43,764 nt of DNA from Rhodospirillales bacterium. GTDB taxonomy: Bacteria; Pseudomonadota; Alphaproteobacteria; Rhodospirillales; JASLLV01. Location of the stretch: NCBI GenBank assembly GCA_030746935.1, contig JASLLV010000002.1, positions 1 through 43,764 on the forward strand, written 5' to 3'. Below the pieces are notes generated by a model. That model ran no database searches. It was given only the letters and a program-made list of their open reading frames with translations, and was not told the DNA's origin. Both the position numbers and the translations under genes were made by a program. This document shows, in pieces, positions 32,457 through 42,101 of the stretch (position 1 is its first letter; the number at the start of each line of letters is the position of its first letter).

Positions 32457-33203
32457 TCACGAGGCGGGCCGCGCGACGACCCGCGCGGGCGCGCCGTCCG
32501 AGCCTTCGATGTTGAGGGCCAGGAACATGAGGTCCACGCGCTGTCCGGCCAGCGCCCGGACGTTGCGCAGGTTCTCGGCAATCAGGACGCCGCGGCCGAG
32601 GAGGATATGGTGGACCGGGAAGTCGAAGACCGCCATCCCCTCGCGCACGGCCGCGTTGCGCGGCGCGTCCGGGCTTCCGAAGTCGACGCCCAGAAGCTTG
32701 ACGCGGTGGTCCACCAGCCAATGGGCCGCATCGGCGCTGAGATAGGGGTGGCTGGGGTAGTTCTCTTCGTTCGGCCGGTCCGCCCAGCCGGTATCGAGGA
32801 GCACCATATCGCCGGGCTCGAGCGCCGGTTCTTGTGATTCGAAGTCGGCCGCCTCGATCGCCTCGCAAGCGCCGCGCTCGATCTGCCAAACGACCCCGCT
32901 GCCATAGAGCCTGTCGAGGGGGATCTCGTGGAATGCGGGTCCGCCGGCGAGGAAGTGGATGGGTGCGTCCACGTGCGTTCCCGAGTGGCACGACATATGG
33001 ATTTCGGTCAGGTTCAAGGGATCGGCAGGCAGCGATCGGGTTCGGGGAAAATGGGGCTCGAGATCCTCGTCCCAATTGGGCATGGCCGGATTGAGCACGT
33101 GGGAAAGGTCGGTCCACGCCCCGCCCGGCGCCGGCGCGGGTTCCGCGGGTACGTCGATCCAGCCGGCCCAGCCGGCGGTTTTGGAATCGGGTGTCTCACA
33201 CAT
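32457..33203 (-). CDS. cyclase-family protein (kynurenine-formamidase-like metal hydrolase fold)
   Basis: 248 aa. HSGTHVDAPIHF motif, LGVDFGSPD, and VHHILLGRGVLIAENL. Confidence 0.83.
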   Translation of the reverse strand: MCETPDSKTAGWAGWIDVPAEPAPAPGGAWTDLSHVLNPAMPNWDEDLEPHFPRTRSLPADPLNLTEIHMSCHSGTHVDAPIHFLAGGPAFHEIPLDRLYGSGVVWQIERGACEAIEAADFESQEPALEPGDMVLLDTGWADRPNEENYPSHPYLSADAAHWLVDHRVKLLGVDFGSPDAPRNAAVREGMAVFDFPVHHILLGRGVLIAENLRNVRALAGQRVDLMFLALNIEGSDGAPARVVARPAS

Positions 33204-33303
33204 GCGGTCTCGCTTGCGAATGGGCGGACGCGAAGCGGGCGAGTATGGCGGGCGCCGAAAGCGTGCGCAACTTCGAGCGGTAGGCGGGATGCGAGGTGCG
33301 CGA

Positions 33304-34197
33304 TCAGGTCTCGACCGGGGTGTCCCGGCGGTTGCCCCACTCGGCCCATGAGCCGTCGTAGATCGCGGCGCCGTCGTAGCCGATGAGGTGGAGTGCGAAG
33401 ACGATCACCGCGGCGGTCACGCCCGAGCCGCAGGTGGCGACCACCGGCCGCGCGGGATCGACGCCGGCGTCGGCGAAGGCCGTCGCGATTTGGCCGGGTG
33501 GGCGGAGACGGAAGTGGTTTTCGGGGTCGTAGAAGGCGTTGAACGGCAGATTGCGGCTGCCGGGAACATGTCCACGCCTAGCCGTCGGCCGAGGTTCGTC
33601 TTCCGCGCCCTTGAAGCGGGGGCGAGCCCGCGCATCCACCACTTGGGCGGGGCCGCCGTCCAGATTGGCGAGAACTTGGTCGCACGATCTGACCAACTCG
33701 GGGTGGAACGTCGCCGCAAAAGGCCGGCGCGGCGGCGCGGGGGTTCCGCTTTCGGTCTCGCGTCCTTCGGCGAGCCAACCAGGCAAACCGCCGTCGAGCA
33801 CCGCTACGTCGTCGACGCCGAAGGCGCGAAAGGTCCACCAGACGCGCGCCGCGGCCATGAAACCGCCGTTGGCGTCGTAAACGACGATCCGGTCGCCCGA
33901 GCCGATCCCGAGCGCCTCGACGCATGACGAAAACCGCGCGGCGCTGGGCAGCATGTGGGGAAGCTCGGTCCCGGGTGCGCAAATCTCGTCCACGTCGAAA
34001 AACACCGCGCCGGGGATGTGGGATTGTGCGAACTCGGCGCGCGCGTGCCGCTTCATGGCGGGAAGGAAAAATGTCGCGTCGATTACGCGAAGATCCGCCG
34101 CGCCGAGGTTGGCGGCCAGCCAGTCGGTGCCGACGAGGGCGCCGGAATCGGGGTGCGCGGTGTCGCCGCGAGTGGGCTGATTCCCCGAAGGGGTCAT
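33304..34197 (-). CDS. sseA: 3-mercaptopyruvate sulfurtransferase (tandem rhodanese), paralog 2
   Basis: ORF trimmed to ATG 34197 (MTPSGNQ...), 1 nt after the upstream stop. Canonical MST active site ATCGSGVTAAV. Aligns along its whole length with paralog 1. Confidence 0.85.
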   Translation of the reverse strand: MTPSGNQPTRGDTAHPDSGALVGTDWLAANLGAADLRVIDATFFLPAMKRHARAEFAQSHIPGAVFFDVDEICAPGTELPHMLPSAARFSSCVEALGIGSGDRIVVYDANGGFMAAARVWWTFRAFGVDDVAVLDGGLPGWLAEGRETESGTPAPPRRPFAATFHPELVRSCDQVLANLDGGPAQVVDARARPRFKGAEDEPRPTARRGHVPGSRNLPFNAFYDPENHFRLRPPGQIATAFADAGVDPARPVVATCGSGVTAAVIVFALHLIGYDGAAIYDGSWAEWGNRRDTPVET

Positions 34198-34198
34198 G

Positions 34199-35221
34199 TC
34201 ATTCCAGCCAACCCGGCACCGGCAGGCCGCGTTCGCGTAAAAATTTCGGGTTGAACAGCTTGCTCTGATAGCGGGTGCCAAAGTCGGCGAGGATGGTCAC
34301 GATGACATGGCCGGGGCCGAGCGCATGCGCGAGCCGGAGGGCGCCGGCGACGTTGATGCCGGTCGAGCCTCCCATACAAAGCCCCTCGTGCTGCAAAAGA
34401 TCGAAGACGATCGGCAGTGCTTCGGCGTCCGGAATCTGGAAGGCTTCGTCCACAGGTGCGCCTTCGAGGTTCTTGGTGATCCGCCCCTGGCCGATCCCTT
34501 CGGTGATCGAGTCTCCTTCCGCCTTCAGCTCGCCGTGCTTGTAATAGTTGTAGAGGGCGGCGCCCATGGGATCGGCAAGGGCGATGGTAACGGCGGGGTT
34601 GCGTTCCTTAAGCGCTACGCCGACGCCGGCGAGCGTGCCCCCGGTGCCGACCGCTGAGACGAAGCCGTCGACCGCGCCACCCGTTTGCTCCCAAATCTCG
34701 GGCCCCGTTGTCTCGTAGTGGGCGCGCCGGTTGGCGACATTGTCAAACTGTTGGGCCCAGATCGCGCCGTTGGGCTCGGACGTGGCCAACTCTTCTGCGA
34801 GACGCCCCGAGAAGTGGAGGTAGTTGTTCGGATCCTTGTAAGGGACGGCGGGCACCTCACGCACGTCGGCGCCGCAAAGGCGAAGCGTGTCCTTCTTTTC
34901 CTGGCTCTGGGTGTCGGGGATGACGATGACGGTGCGATAGCCTAGCGCGTTGCCGACCATGGCCAGCCCAATCCCGGTGTTGCCGGCGGTGCCCTCGACG
35001 ATCACGCCGCCGGGCTTCAAGAGGCCCCGTTCCTCGGCGTCACGAACGATGTAAAGAGCGGCGCGATCCTTAACCGAGCTTCCGGGGTTGAGGAATTCGG
35101 CCTTGCCGAGAATCTCGCAACCCGTGGCCTCGGACGCCGCATTCAGGCGGATCATCGGCGTGTTGCCGATGGTCCCGAGAAATCCGTCGCGAACGTCCAT
35201 GGCGCGCACCGCCTCAGCCAT
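34199..35221 (-). CDS. cysK: PLP-dependent cysteine synthase / cystathionine-beta-synthase-like enzyme (CysK/CBS fold, 340 aa)
   Basis: IGNTPMIRL, FLNPGSSVKDRAALY (PLP lysine), TAGNTGIGLA, AVGTGGTLAG, GGSTGINV. The exact reaction is not assignable from sequence alone. Confidence 0.85.
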   Translation of the reverse strand: MAEAVRAMDVRDGFLGTIGNTPMIRLNAASEATGCEILGKAEFLNPGSSVKDRAALYIVRDAEERGLLKPGGVIVEGTAGNTGIGLAMVGNALGYRTVIVIPDTQSQEKKDTLRLCGADVREVPAVPYKDPNNYLHFSGRLAEELATSEPNGAIWAQQFDNVANRRAHYETTGPEIWEQTGGAVDGFVSAVGTGGTLAGVGVALKERNPAVTIALADPMGAALYNYYKHGELKAEGDSITEGIGQGRITKNLEGAPVDEAFQIPDAEALPIVFDLLQHEGLCMGGSTGINVAGALRLAHALGPGHVIVTILADFGTRYQSKLFNPKFLRERGLPVPGWLE

Positions 35222-35852
35222 CTTCGCCGGCGCGCCAGCTCTCGCGCAACCGGACGTGATTTGCCCGGAACCACTGAAGCGCGATGATGGTCATGGCGTT
35301 GACGATCGCGCCTGAATCGAGGAGCGCGAAGGCGTCGGCGGGGGGCAGGGCGAACACGCGCAGATCCTCGTTCTCGTGGTCGAGGCCGTGGATACCGCCT
35401 GCGTTCGAGGCGTCGACGCGACCGCAATATACGAACACGGTCTCCGACGAGCCTCCGGGGCTCACCAGATAGCGGCACACGGAAACGAGGTCGGTGAGAT
35501 GGCAACCCGTCTCTTCAACGATCTCGCGGTAAGCCACGTCTTCCGGCGTCTCGCCCTCTTCGATGATCCCGGCGACGCATTCCACCAGCCAAGGTCCGTG
35601 GTTTCCGGCGCACAGCGGTGATTGCAAAGCCGCGTGGGCACCGGTTCGGAATTGCTCGATGAGCACGAGAAGATCGAGATCGGGGTCATAGGGCAGGACG
35701 GCGGTGGCGTGAGAGCGTTCGAACACCTCGCGCGTCATCGAATCGCTCCAGCCCCCGGCGAACAGGCGGTGACGCAGGCAATAGCGGTCGATCTGGAAAT
35801 ACCCCTTGAAGGGCGTTGTCTTTTCGATGATCTCGACGTCGTCTTCGGTCAT
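35214..35852 (-). CDS. nudF: NUDIX hydrolase, ADP-ribose pyrophosphatase (NudF-like)
   Basis: ORF trimmed to ATG 35852 (MTEDDVEIIEKTTPFKGYF...). Nudix box GIIEEGETPEDVAYREIVEETG. 8-nt overlap with the cysK-like start. Confidence 0.83.
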   Translation of the reverse strand: MTEDDVEIIEKTTPFKGYFQIDRYCLRHRLFAGGWSDSMTREVFERSHATAVLPYDPDLDLLVLIEQFRTGAHAALQSPLCAGNHGPWLVECVAGIIEEGETPEDVAYREIVEETGCHLTDLVSVCRYLVSPGGSSETVFVYCGRVDASNAGGIHGLDHENEDLRVFALPPADAFALLDSGAIVNAMTIIALQWFRANHVRLRESWRAGEDG

Positions 35853-36027
35853 GGAGGTTCCGAATGGCGAATCGGCTCGGCGCGGGCAGTACCCTCTTTG
35901 TGCGCGAAGGCGCGTCTTTTGTCGAGTCGGCCGACGTGCATCTTGGAAGGGAGCTGGGGCGGCGGACTGATCGGCGTGGATGGGGGCGCTAAGATGTGGG
36001 CGCGCACGAAAGGGAAGGGAGGGTGAG

Positions 36028-37234
36028 ATGGCGGAGAGGACTGAACGAATCACGTTCGCGGGATCCGGCGGCGAGGCCCTGGCAGCACGGCTGGATACGC
36101 CGCCGGGAGCCCCCATCGCCTATGCCTTGTTCGCCCACTGTTTCACCTGCACCAAGGACATCTTCGCGGCGTCTCGGATCGCCGCCGCGCTGACCGGGCA
36201 CGGGATCGCAGTGCTCCGCTTCGATTTCACGGGCCTCGGCAGCAGCGAGGGTGAATTCGCGAACACCAACTTCTCGTCCAACGTCGACGATCTGGTCGCG
36301 GCCGCGGATTTCTTGCGCGCCGGCCACGCCGCGCCGAAGCTTCTGATCGGTCACAGTCTCGGCGGCGCGGCGGTGCTCGCCGCGGCCTCGCGCGTGCCCG
36401 AGTCCGAGGCCGTCGTCACCATCGGGGCGCCGGCGGAACCCGCCCACGTCGCCCATCACATGGCGGACGCCCGCGCCGAGATCGAAGCCCGCGGCGAGGC
36501 CGAGGTCCTGTTGGTGGGCAGACCCTTTCGCATCAAGAAGCAGTTCCTGGAAGACATCGAAGCCCGGAAGCTCGAAGGTGACATCGGCGGGTTGCGAAAG
36601 GCGCTGCTCGTGTTCCACGCGCCCCGCGATACGATCGTCGGAATCGACAATGCGGCCCGCATCTTCCAGGCGGCGAAACACCCCAAGAGCTTCGTTTCGC
36701 TCGACGGCGCCGACCACCTTTTGTCCAAGCACGAGGACGCGATCTATGTCGCCCAAGTGACCGCGGCCTGGGCCGAGCGTTACCTCGGGCCGGCACCCGC
36801 AAGCGAATCATTCGCGCCGCCGCTTGCCGAGTCCGGTGAAGTGGTGGTCGCGGAATCGGGGGCGGATGGGTTGGCGCAATCGATCTCGTTCGGCGGCCGC
36901 CATGACTTCGCGGCGGACGAGCCGGCGAGTTTCGGCGGCGCTCGGCGCGTGCACCACCATGACGCTCAGGATGTATGTGCGGCGCAAAAAAATGGCGCTG
37001 GAACGTGCGAGCGTGCGGCTCCGTCACGACAAGATCCACGCCGCCGACTGCGCCGAGTGCAAGACCCGCGAGGGCCGGATCGACCTGATCGAGCGCGAGA
37101 TCGAACTCACCGGCACGCTGAGCGCCGACCAGCGCGCCCGACTCATCGAGATCGCCGACAAATGCCCGGTGCACCGCACGCTCCATTCCGAGGTGCAGAT
37201 CGTGACGCGGGAAAGAGAGGCGGAGCCCTCTTGA
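36028..37234 (+). pseudogene. alpha/beta-hydrolase-OsmC fusion gene with an internal deletion/frameshift at the start of the OsmC domain
   Basis: ATG 36028 (GGGAGGGTGAG upstream). Hydrolase part has HCFTC and GHSLGG in the frame of ORF 35980. After ...ADEPASFGG (about 36939) that frame becomes Arg-rich nonsense. The OsmC text continues in the frame of ORF 36824..37234: ALGACTTMTLRMY…RLRHDKIHAADC…IADKCPVHRTLHSEV. The usual .D.GP.P.ELL.A segment between the two parts is missing. Confidence 0.72.
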
Positions 37235-37258
37235 TGGCTTGAGGGTTTTGCCGCCCGC

Positions 37259-40200
37259 TCAATGGAAGTCGCGCGACGACAGCCGGATCGAGGTTCGCGC
37301 CTTTGCTTGGTCCGGGAGGCGGGCGGCGTCTTCGAGGCGCCCGAGCAGATCCGTCAAGTCGAACACCTTCTCCGCGAGCACGTGGATGACGATGCCTTCG
37401 CGCTGCACGCGTCCCTCGACGCCGAGGACCGAGGCACCCAGCACGGCCTTGCGGAACTTTTCGAAGACGGCGGACCAGACGATCAGGTTGGCGACGCCGG
37501 TCTCGTCCTCGATGGTGGCGAAGATGACGCCGTTGGCGCTTGCCGGGCGCTGGCGCGCGATCACCAGGCCGGCAACCTTGACGGACCGGCCGTGGGGGAT
37601 GTGCGCGAGGTCGGCCGCGCGCACGAATCCGCGTGATTCGAGATCGTCGCGCAGGAACGCCATGGGGTGACACCTGAGCGAGAGTCGGACCGCGCGGTAG
37701 TCCTCGGCCACTTCTTCGCCCAAGGCCATGGGCGGCAGGACGACGGCGGGTTCGCTGGCGATCTGCCCGTCGCCGCTGCGATCGAACAGCGGCAGCGCGT
37801 CGTCGTTCAGGCCGCGGACCCCCCACAGGGCCTGGCGCCGGCTCAAACCCAGCGATGCGAGGGCGTCAGCCCGGGCCAGTGTGGCGAGCGCCGCCTTGCC
37901 GAGTCCGGTTCGCCGCCACAGTTGCGTGAGCGCTGGGTAGCCCGCGTCCCGGGCCTGGACGATGGTCTCGGCGGCGTCGCGCCCCAGCCCCTTGATCTGG
38001 CGGAGGCCGAGTCGCAGCGCGATTCCACCTTCGCCCAGCTCGAGCGTGCAGTCCCAATCACTCGCGTTCACGTCCACGGGCCGCACCTCGGCGCCGTGCT
38101 CGCGCAAATCGCGGACGATCTGAGCCGGCGCATAGAAGCCCATGGGCTGGCTGTTCAAAAGCGCGCAGGCGAAGGCGGCCGGATAGTGGTGCTTCAGCCA
38201 GGCAGAGACGTAGACCAGAAGCGCGAAGCTGGCGGCGTGCGATTCCGGAAAGCCGTAATCGGAGAAGCCCTCGATCTGCTTGAAGCAACGCTCGGCGAAG
38301 TCGCGGGCGTAGCCGCGCGCCAGCATACCGTCGATGAAACGGGACTCGAAGCCGTGGATCTGGCCGAAGCGGCGGAAGCTGGCCATGGCCCGGCGCAAGC
38401 CGTCGGCCTCGGCCGGGGTGAAGCCGGCGGCGACGATGGCGATCTTCATGGCCTGCTCCTGGAAGAGCGGCACGCCCAAGGTCTTGTCCAGCACCCGGCG
38501 CAGATCCTCGGACGGATAGTTCACCACTTCGACGCCGGCGCGGCGGCGCAAATACGGGTGCACCATGTTGCCCTGGATGGGCCCGGGCCGGACGATCGCC
38601 ACCTCGATCACCAGGTCGTAGAAGTTGCGGGGCTTGAGGCGCGGCAGCATGCTCATCTGCGCCCGGCTCTCGACTTGGAAGACACCCATCGAATCGGCCC
38701 GACACAGCATCTCGTAGACGGCCGCGTCCTCGGCCGGCACGGTGGCGAGCGTAAGCGGGCGGTCATGGTGGCGCGCGAGCAACGCGAAGGCCTTGCGCAC
38801 GCACGTCAGCATGCCGAGGCCGAGGAGATCGATCTTGAGGATTCCGAGCTGGTCGAGATCGTCCTTGTTCCACTCGATGACCGTCCGGTCCTCCATGGCC
38901 GCGTTCTCGATGGGCACCACCTCGCACAAGGGACCCCGGGTCACCACCATGCCGCCGGTATGCTGCGAGAGATGCCGCGGGAAGCCGACCAGCTCTGCGA
39001 CCAGGGCGCGGGTCAGGCGCACGGCGCGCGCGTCCGGATCAACACCTGCCTCGCGGACGCGGGCGTCCGTGACCTCTTCGCGCGCGCGCCGCCACGACGC
39101 GCTCTGGAGCGCGAGGATCGCGTCCTCGCTTAGCCCCATCGCCTTGCCGACCTCGCGGATGGCGCTCTTGGTCCGATAGGTGATGGTGGTGGCGGTCATG
39201 CCGGCGCGCTCGCGGCCGTATTTCCCGTAGACGTACTGGATGACCTCTTCGCGCCGCTCGTGTTCGAAATCCACGTCGATGTCTGGCGGCTCGTCCCTCT
39301 CGGCGCTGACGAAACGCTCGAACAAGAGATCGATGCGATTGGGATCGACCGCCGTGATGCCAAGGCAATAGCAGATCGCCGAGTTGGCCGCCGAGCCCCG
39401 GCCCTGGCACAGGATTCCGCGGCTTTGCGCGAACCGGATGATGTCGTGGACAGTCAGGAAGTAGGGTGCATAGCCGAGCCGGTCTATGAGCGCGAGCTCG
39501 TGGGCGATCTGGGCGGCGATCTTGGCGGGAACGCCTTTGGGATAGCGCGCGTCGGCGCCGGCGCGGGCGAGGCGGGCCAGCTCTTCTTGCGGCGTGCGTC
39601 CGCCCGGCACCGGATCGACGGGATATTCGTAGCGGAGCTCGTCCAGGTCGAAGGCGCATGCCCCGGCGATCTCCATCGTCCGCGCGAGAGCCGCCGGGTG
39701 GACGTGGAAGAGCCGCGCCATCTCGGCCGCCGGCTTCAAGTGTCGCTCGGCGTTGGCGGCCAGGCGAAAGCCCGCCTCGGAGATGGTGCAGTGCTCGCGG
39801 ATGCACGTGAGCGCATCGTGGAGCGGCCGACGTTCGGGGATGTGCGCGTGCACGTCGTTGGTCGCCACCAGCGGGACCCGGCTTCTCTCGCCGAGATCGG
39901 CGAGCGCCGCCAACCGCCGGGCGTCGTCGCCGCGACAGAGATTATGGGCGGCGAGAGAGAGCCTGCGTCCGAAGGCGTCGCGCAATCGCCCGAGCGTCGC
40001 GGCAAAGGCGGCGTCGGGAACCCGCGGCGGCACCGCGATCGCCATCTGGCCGGCGCCCCGGGCGAAGACTTCACCCTCGAGAATGTCGTCGATGGTCAGC
40101 GTGCATGCGCCCTTGGCCGCGCGCCGCTTGCCGAGCGTGAGCAGGCGCGAAAGCCGGCCGTAAGCCGCGCGGTCGGTGGGGAAGAGAAGCAGGCTTGGGG

Positions 40201-40420
40201 TGCCGTCCGCGAAATCGAGGCGGCTTGCGACCACGAGTTTGATGCCGGCCGCCTTGGCGGCGACGTGCGCCCGGACCACGCCTGCGAGCGTGTTGCGATC
40301 GGCGATGGCGATGGCCCCGTGGCCGAGCTCGGCGGCGCGCGCCACCAGCTTATCGGGGTGCGAGGCGCCCCTTAGGAAGCTGAAGTTGCTGCTTGCCTGC
40401 AGCTCGGCATAGGCGGTCAT
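37259..40420 (-). CDS. dnaE2: error-prone DNA polymerase III alpha-like DnaE2 (ImuC)
   Basis: 1053 aa. N-terminus YAELQASSNFSFLRGASHP (PHP domain), GRGSAANSAICYCLGIT, and FESRFIDGMLARGY. Third gene of the imuA-imuB-dnaE2 cassette. Confidence 0.95.
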   Translation of the reverse strand: MTAYAELQASSNFSFLRGASHPDKLVARAAELGHGAIAIADRNTLAGVVRAHVAAKAAGIKLVVASRLDFADGTPSLLLFPTDRAAYGRLSRLLTLGKRRAAKGACTLTIDDILEGEVFARGAGQMAIAVPPRVPDAAFAATLGRLRDAFGRRLSLAAHNLCRGDDARRLAALADLGERSRVPLVATNDVHAHIPERRPLHDALTCIREHCTISEAGFRLAANAERHLKPAAEMARLFHVHPAALARTMEIAGACAFDLDELRYEYPVDPVPGGRTPQEELARLARAGADARYPKGVPAKIAAQIAHELALIDRLGYAPYFLTVHDIIRFAQSRGILCQGRGSAANSAICYCLGITAVDPNRIDLLFERFVSAERDEPPDIDVDFEHERREEVIQYVYGKYGRERAGMTATTITYRTKSAIREVGKAMGLSEDAILALQSASWRRAREEVTDARVREAGVDPDARAVRLTRALVAELVGFPRHLSQHTGGMVVTRGPLCEVVPIENAAMEDRTVIEWNKDDLDQLGILKIDLLGLGMLTCVRKAFALLARHHDRPLTLATVPAEDAAVYEMLCRADSMGVFQVESRAQMSMLPRLKPRNFYDLVIEVAIVRPGPIQGNMVHPYLRRRAGVEVVNYPSEDLRRVLDKTLGVPLFQEQAMKIAIVAAGFTPAEADGLRRAMASFRRFGQIHGFESRFIDGMLARGYARDFAERCFKQIEGFSDYGFPESHAASFALLVYVSAWLKHHYPAAFACALLNSQPMGFYAPAQIVRDLREHGAEVRPVDVNASDWDCTLELGEGGIALRLGLRQIKGLGRDAAETIVQARDAGYPALTQLWRRTGLGKAALATLARADALASLGLSRRQALWGVRGLNDDALPLFDRSGDGQIASEPAVVLPPMALGEEVAEDYRAVRLSLRCHPMAFLRDDLESRGFVRAADLAHIPHGRSVKVAGLVIARQRPASANGVIFATIEDETGVANLIVWSAVFEKFRKAVLGASVLGVEGRVQREGIVIHVLAEKVFDLTDLLGRLEDAARLPDQAKARTSIRLSSRDFH

Positions 40421-40490
40421 GGGGCAGCGCTCCTCGATCCAAGGAGATCCGGATCCCCGAAATGGCGGCCGGTGCCGGCGAATTCGGCTC

Positions 40491-42101
40491 TCACGCGAAC
40501 AACCCGTGCAGATACCAGCGTGGCCTGACGCCGGGACGGTAGGGGCCTTCGCGATAGACCCAGAAACGCCGGCCGTCCGCGTTCTCCACCCGGTAGTAGT
40601 CGCGAACCCGGTGTGAAGACGAAAGCTCGTTCACGTCCTCCCGCCACCACTCGGGCCCGATGCGCTCGGGTCCCTCGGCACGGGCCACCCGATGCTGGCG
40701 GCGGCGCCAGCGAAACATCACCGGCGCTTCATCGGGGACCGGCGCCATGACCTCGATGGGTTCGGGCCAGGGCAAAAGCTGAAGCGGGCGCGGCGCCGGC
40801 GGTGGGACGTGCGCGTGCGCGCTGGCGTCTTCGGGCTGGGCGAGGGCGGAGACTTCGCGAAAGGCCCGTTCCGGAATATGGCTGGCCTGCGGTAGAAGGC
40901 GTACGACGTTGCCGGGGCCCAAGTGGTTGCCCAGACGGTCGATCAGCCGGGCGGCGGCCGCCTCTGCGCCGAGCGCACGATTCTCAAGTGCGGCATCCCG
41001 GTCGCGCGCTAGATCGAGTTGGCCGGCGGCAAGGGCGTCGACGGCGGTGGCGGCGAGCGTCATCGTCTCGACACCGAAGCCGGCGTCGAGACGCGCCAGC
41101 TTTTCGGCGAACAGCCGTGCCAGATGGGCGGGCTCGCGCACGGGCCGACTGGTGCCGACGCCGGCCCGCGCACACGTCCCGTCGAGCCGGTAGATCGTGA
41201 ACTCCATCCGTCGCGCGCCCTGGTGCGCCAGCTCCAGCCGCGCACACAGTTCGGTGAGCAGCTTCTCGAACGCCCGGGCGACGTCCGCGCTGATGCGCAT
41301 GGGCTCGGCGAAGGCGAGGCGGACGCGAAAGGCCGGCGGCGGCCGCCGGGGCGAGATGGGCTCGCCCTTGTCCCCCAGCGCCTGGTCCAGACGTTTAACA
41401 AGGACTTCGCCGAAGCGGGCGGCGAGCGGCGCGCGCGCGAGGCCCATAAGATCGCCGATCGCGCGCAGGCCCAGGCGCGAAAGCTCGTCCACCGTGGCTC
41501 CGTCCAGCCGCAGCGCCGCCACCGGCAAGGGCGCGAGCGAGCGCGCGGTCTCGCCCGGCGGGATCGCGATGCAGGCGCCGGTGGGAGCGTCCGCGAAACG
41601 GGCCGCTGCCCAGGCCGTGCCGGGGGTATCGGCGAGGGCGACCCGGGCCGCGAAGCCGAACTCCTTGAGGTGCCGGACGAGGTCCTCGAGCAAGGCGGTT
41701 TCACCCCCGAACAGATGCGCGCACCCGGTGATGTCGAGCCACAGGCCCGCGGCGGAGGCCGCGGTGCCGTCTACGGCGGTCCACGGCGAATAGCGCCCGC
41801 ACCAATCAGCGAGGTTCTCGAGGGTTTGCCGTTCGCCCGCCGGGTCGGCCGCGAAGATCGTCAAACCCGGCACCAGCGCCCGCGCCGCGGCCAACGGCAG
41901 CCCGGGATGGGCGCCGGCCGCCTCGGCCGCCGGGCTGACGGCGACAAGGCGCATCCCCGCTTCCGCGCCCGCCACGGTGGCCAGGAGGAGAGGCCTAGAC
42001 CGCGTGCCGGAGGCGGGGATGCGTCGGCGCCGGTTCAAGCGAATCGCCAATCGGTCCGCCACGAAGCTCGGCAACCACAGTGAAACCACCCGTCGGTTCA
42101 T
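40491..42101 (-). CDS. imuB: ImuB, Y-family-polymerase-like accessory protein
   Basis: ORF trimmed to ATG 42101 (MNRRVVSLWLPSFVADRLA...), the canonical ImuB N-terminus. Its position between imuA and dnaE2 supports the call. Confidence 0.85.
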   Translation of the reverse strand: MNRRVVSLWLPSFVADRLAIRLNRRRRIPASGTRSRPLLLATVAGAEAGMRLVAVSPAAEAAGAHPGLPLAAARALVPGLTIFAADPAGERQTLENLADWCGRYSPWTAVDGTAASAAGLWLDITGCAHLFGGETALLEDLVRHLKEFGFAARVALADTPGTAWAAARFADAPTGACIAIPPGETARSLAPLPVAALRLDGATVDELSRLGLRAIGDLMGLARAPLAARFGEVLVKRLDQALGDKGEPISPRRPPPAFRVRLAFAEPMRISADVARAFEKLLTELCARLELAHQGARRMEFTIYRLDGTCARAGVGTSRPVREPAHLARLFAEKLARLDAGFGVETMTLAATAVDALAAGQLDLARDRDAALENRALGAEAAAARLIDRLGNHLGPGNVVRLLPQASHIPERAFREVSALAQPEDASAHAHVPPPAPRPLQLLPWPEPIEVMAPVPDEAPVMFRWRRRQHRVARAEGPERIGPEWWREDVNELSSSHRVRDYYRVENADGRRFWVYREGPYRPGVRPRWYLHGLFA

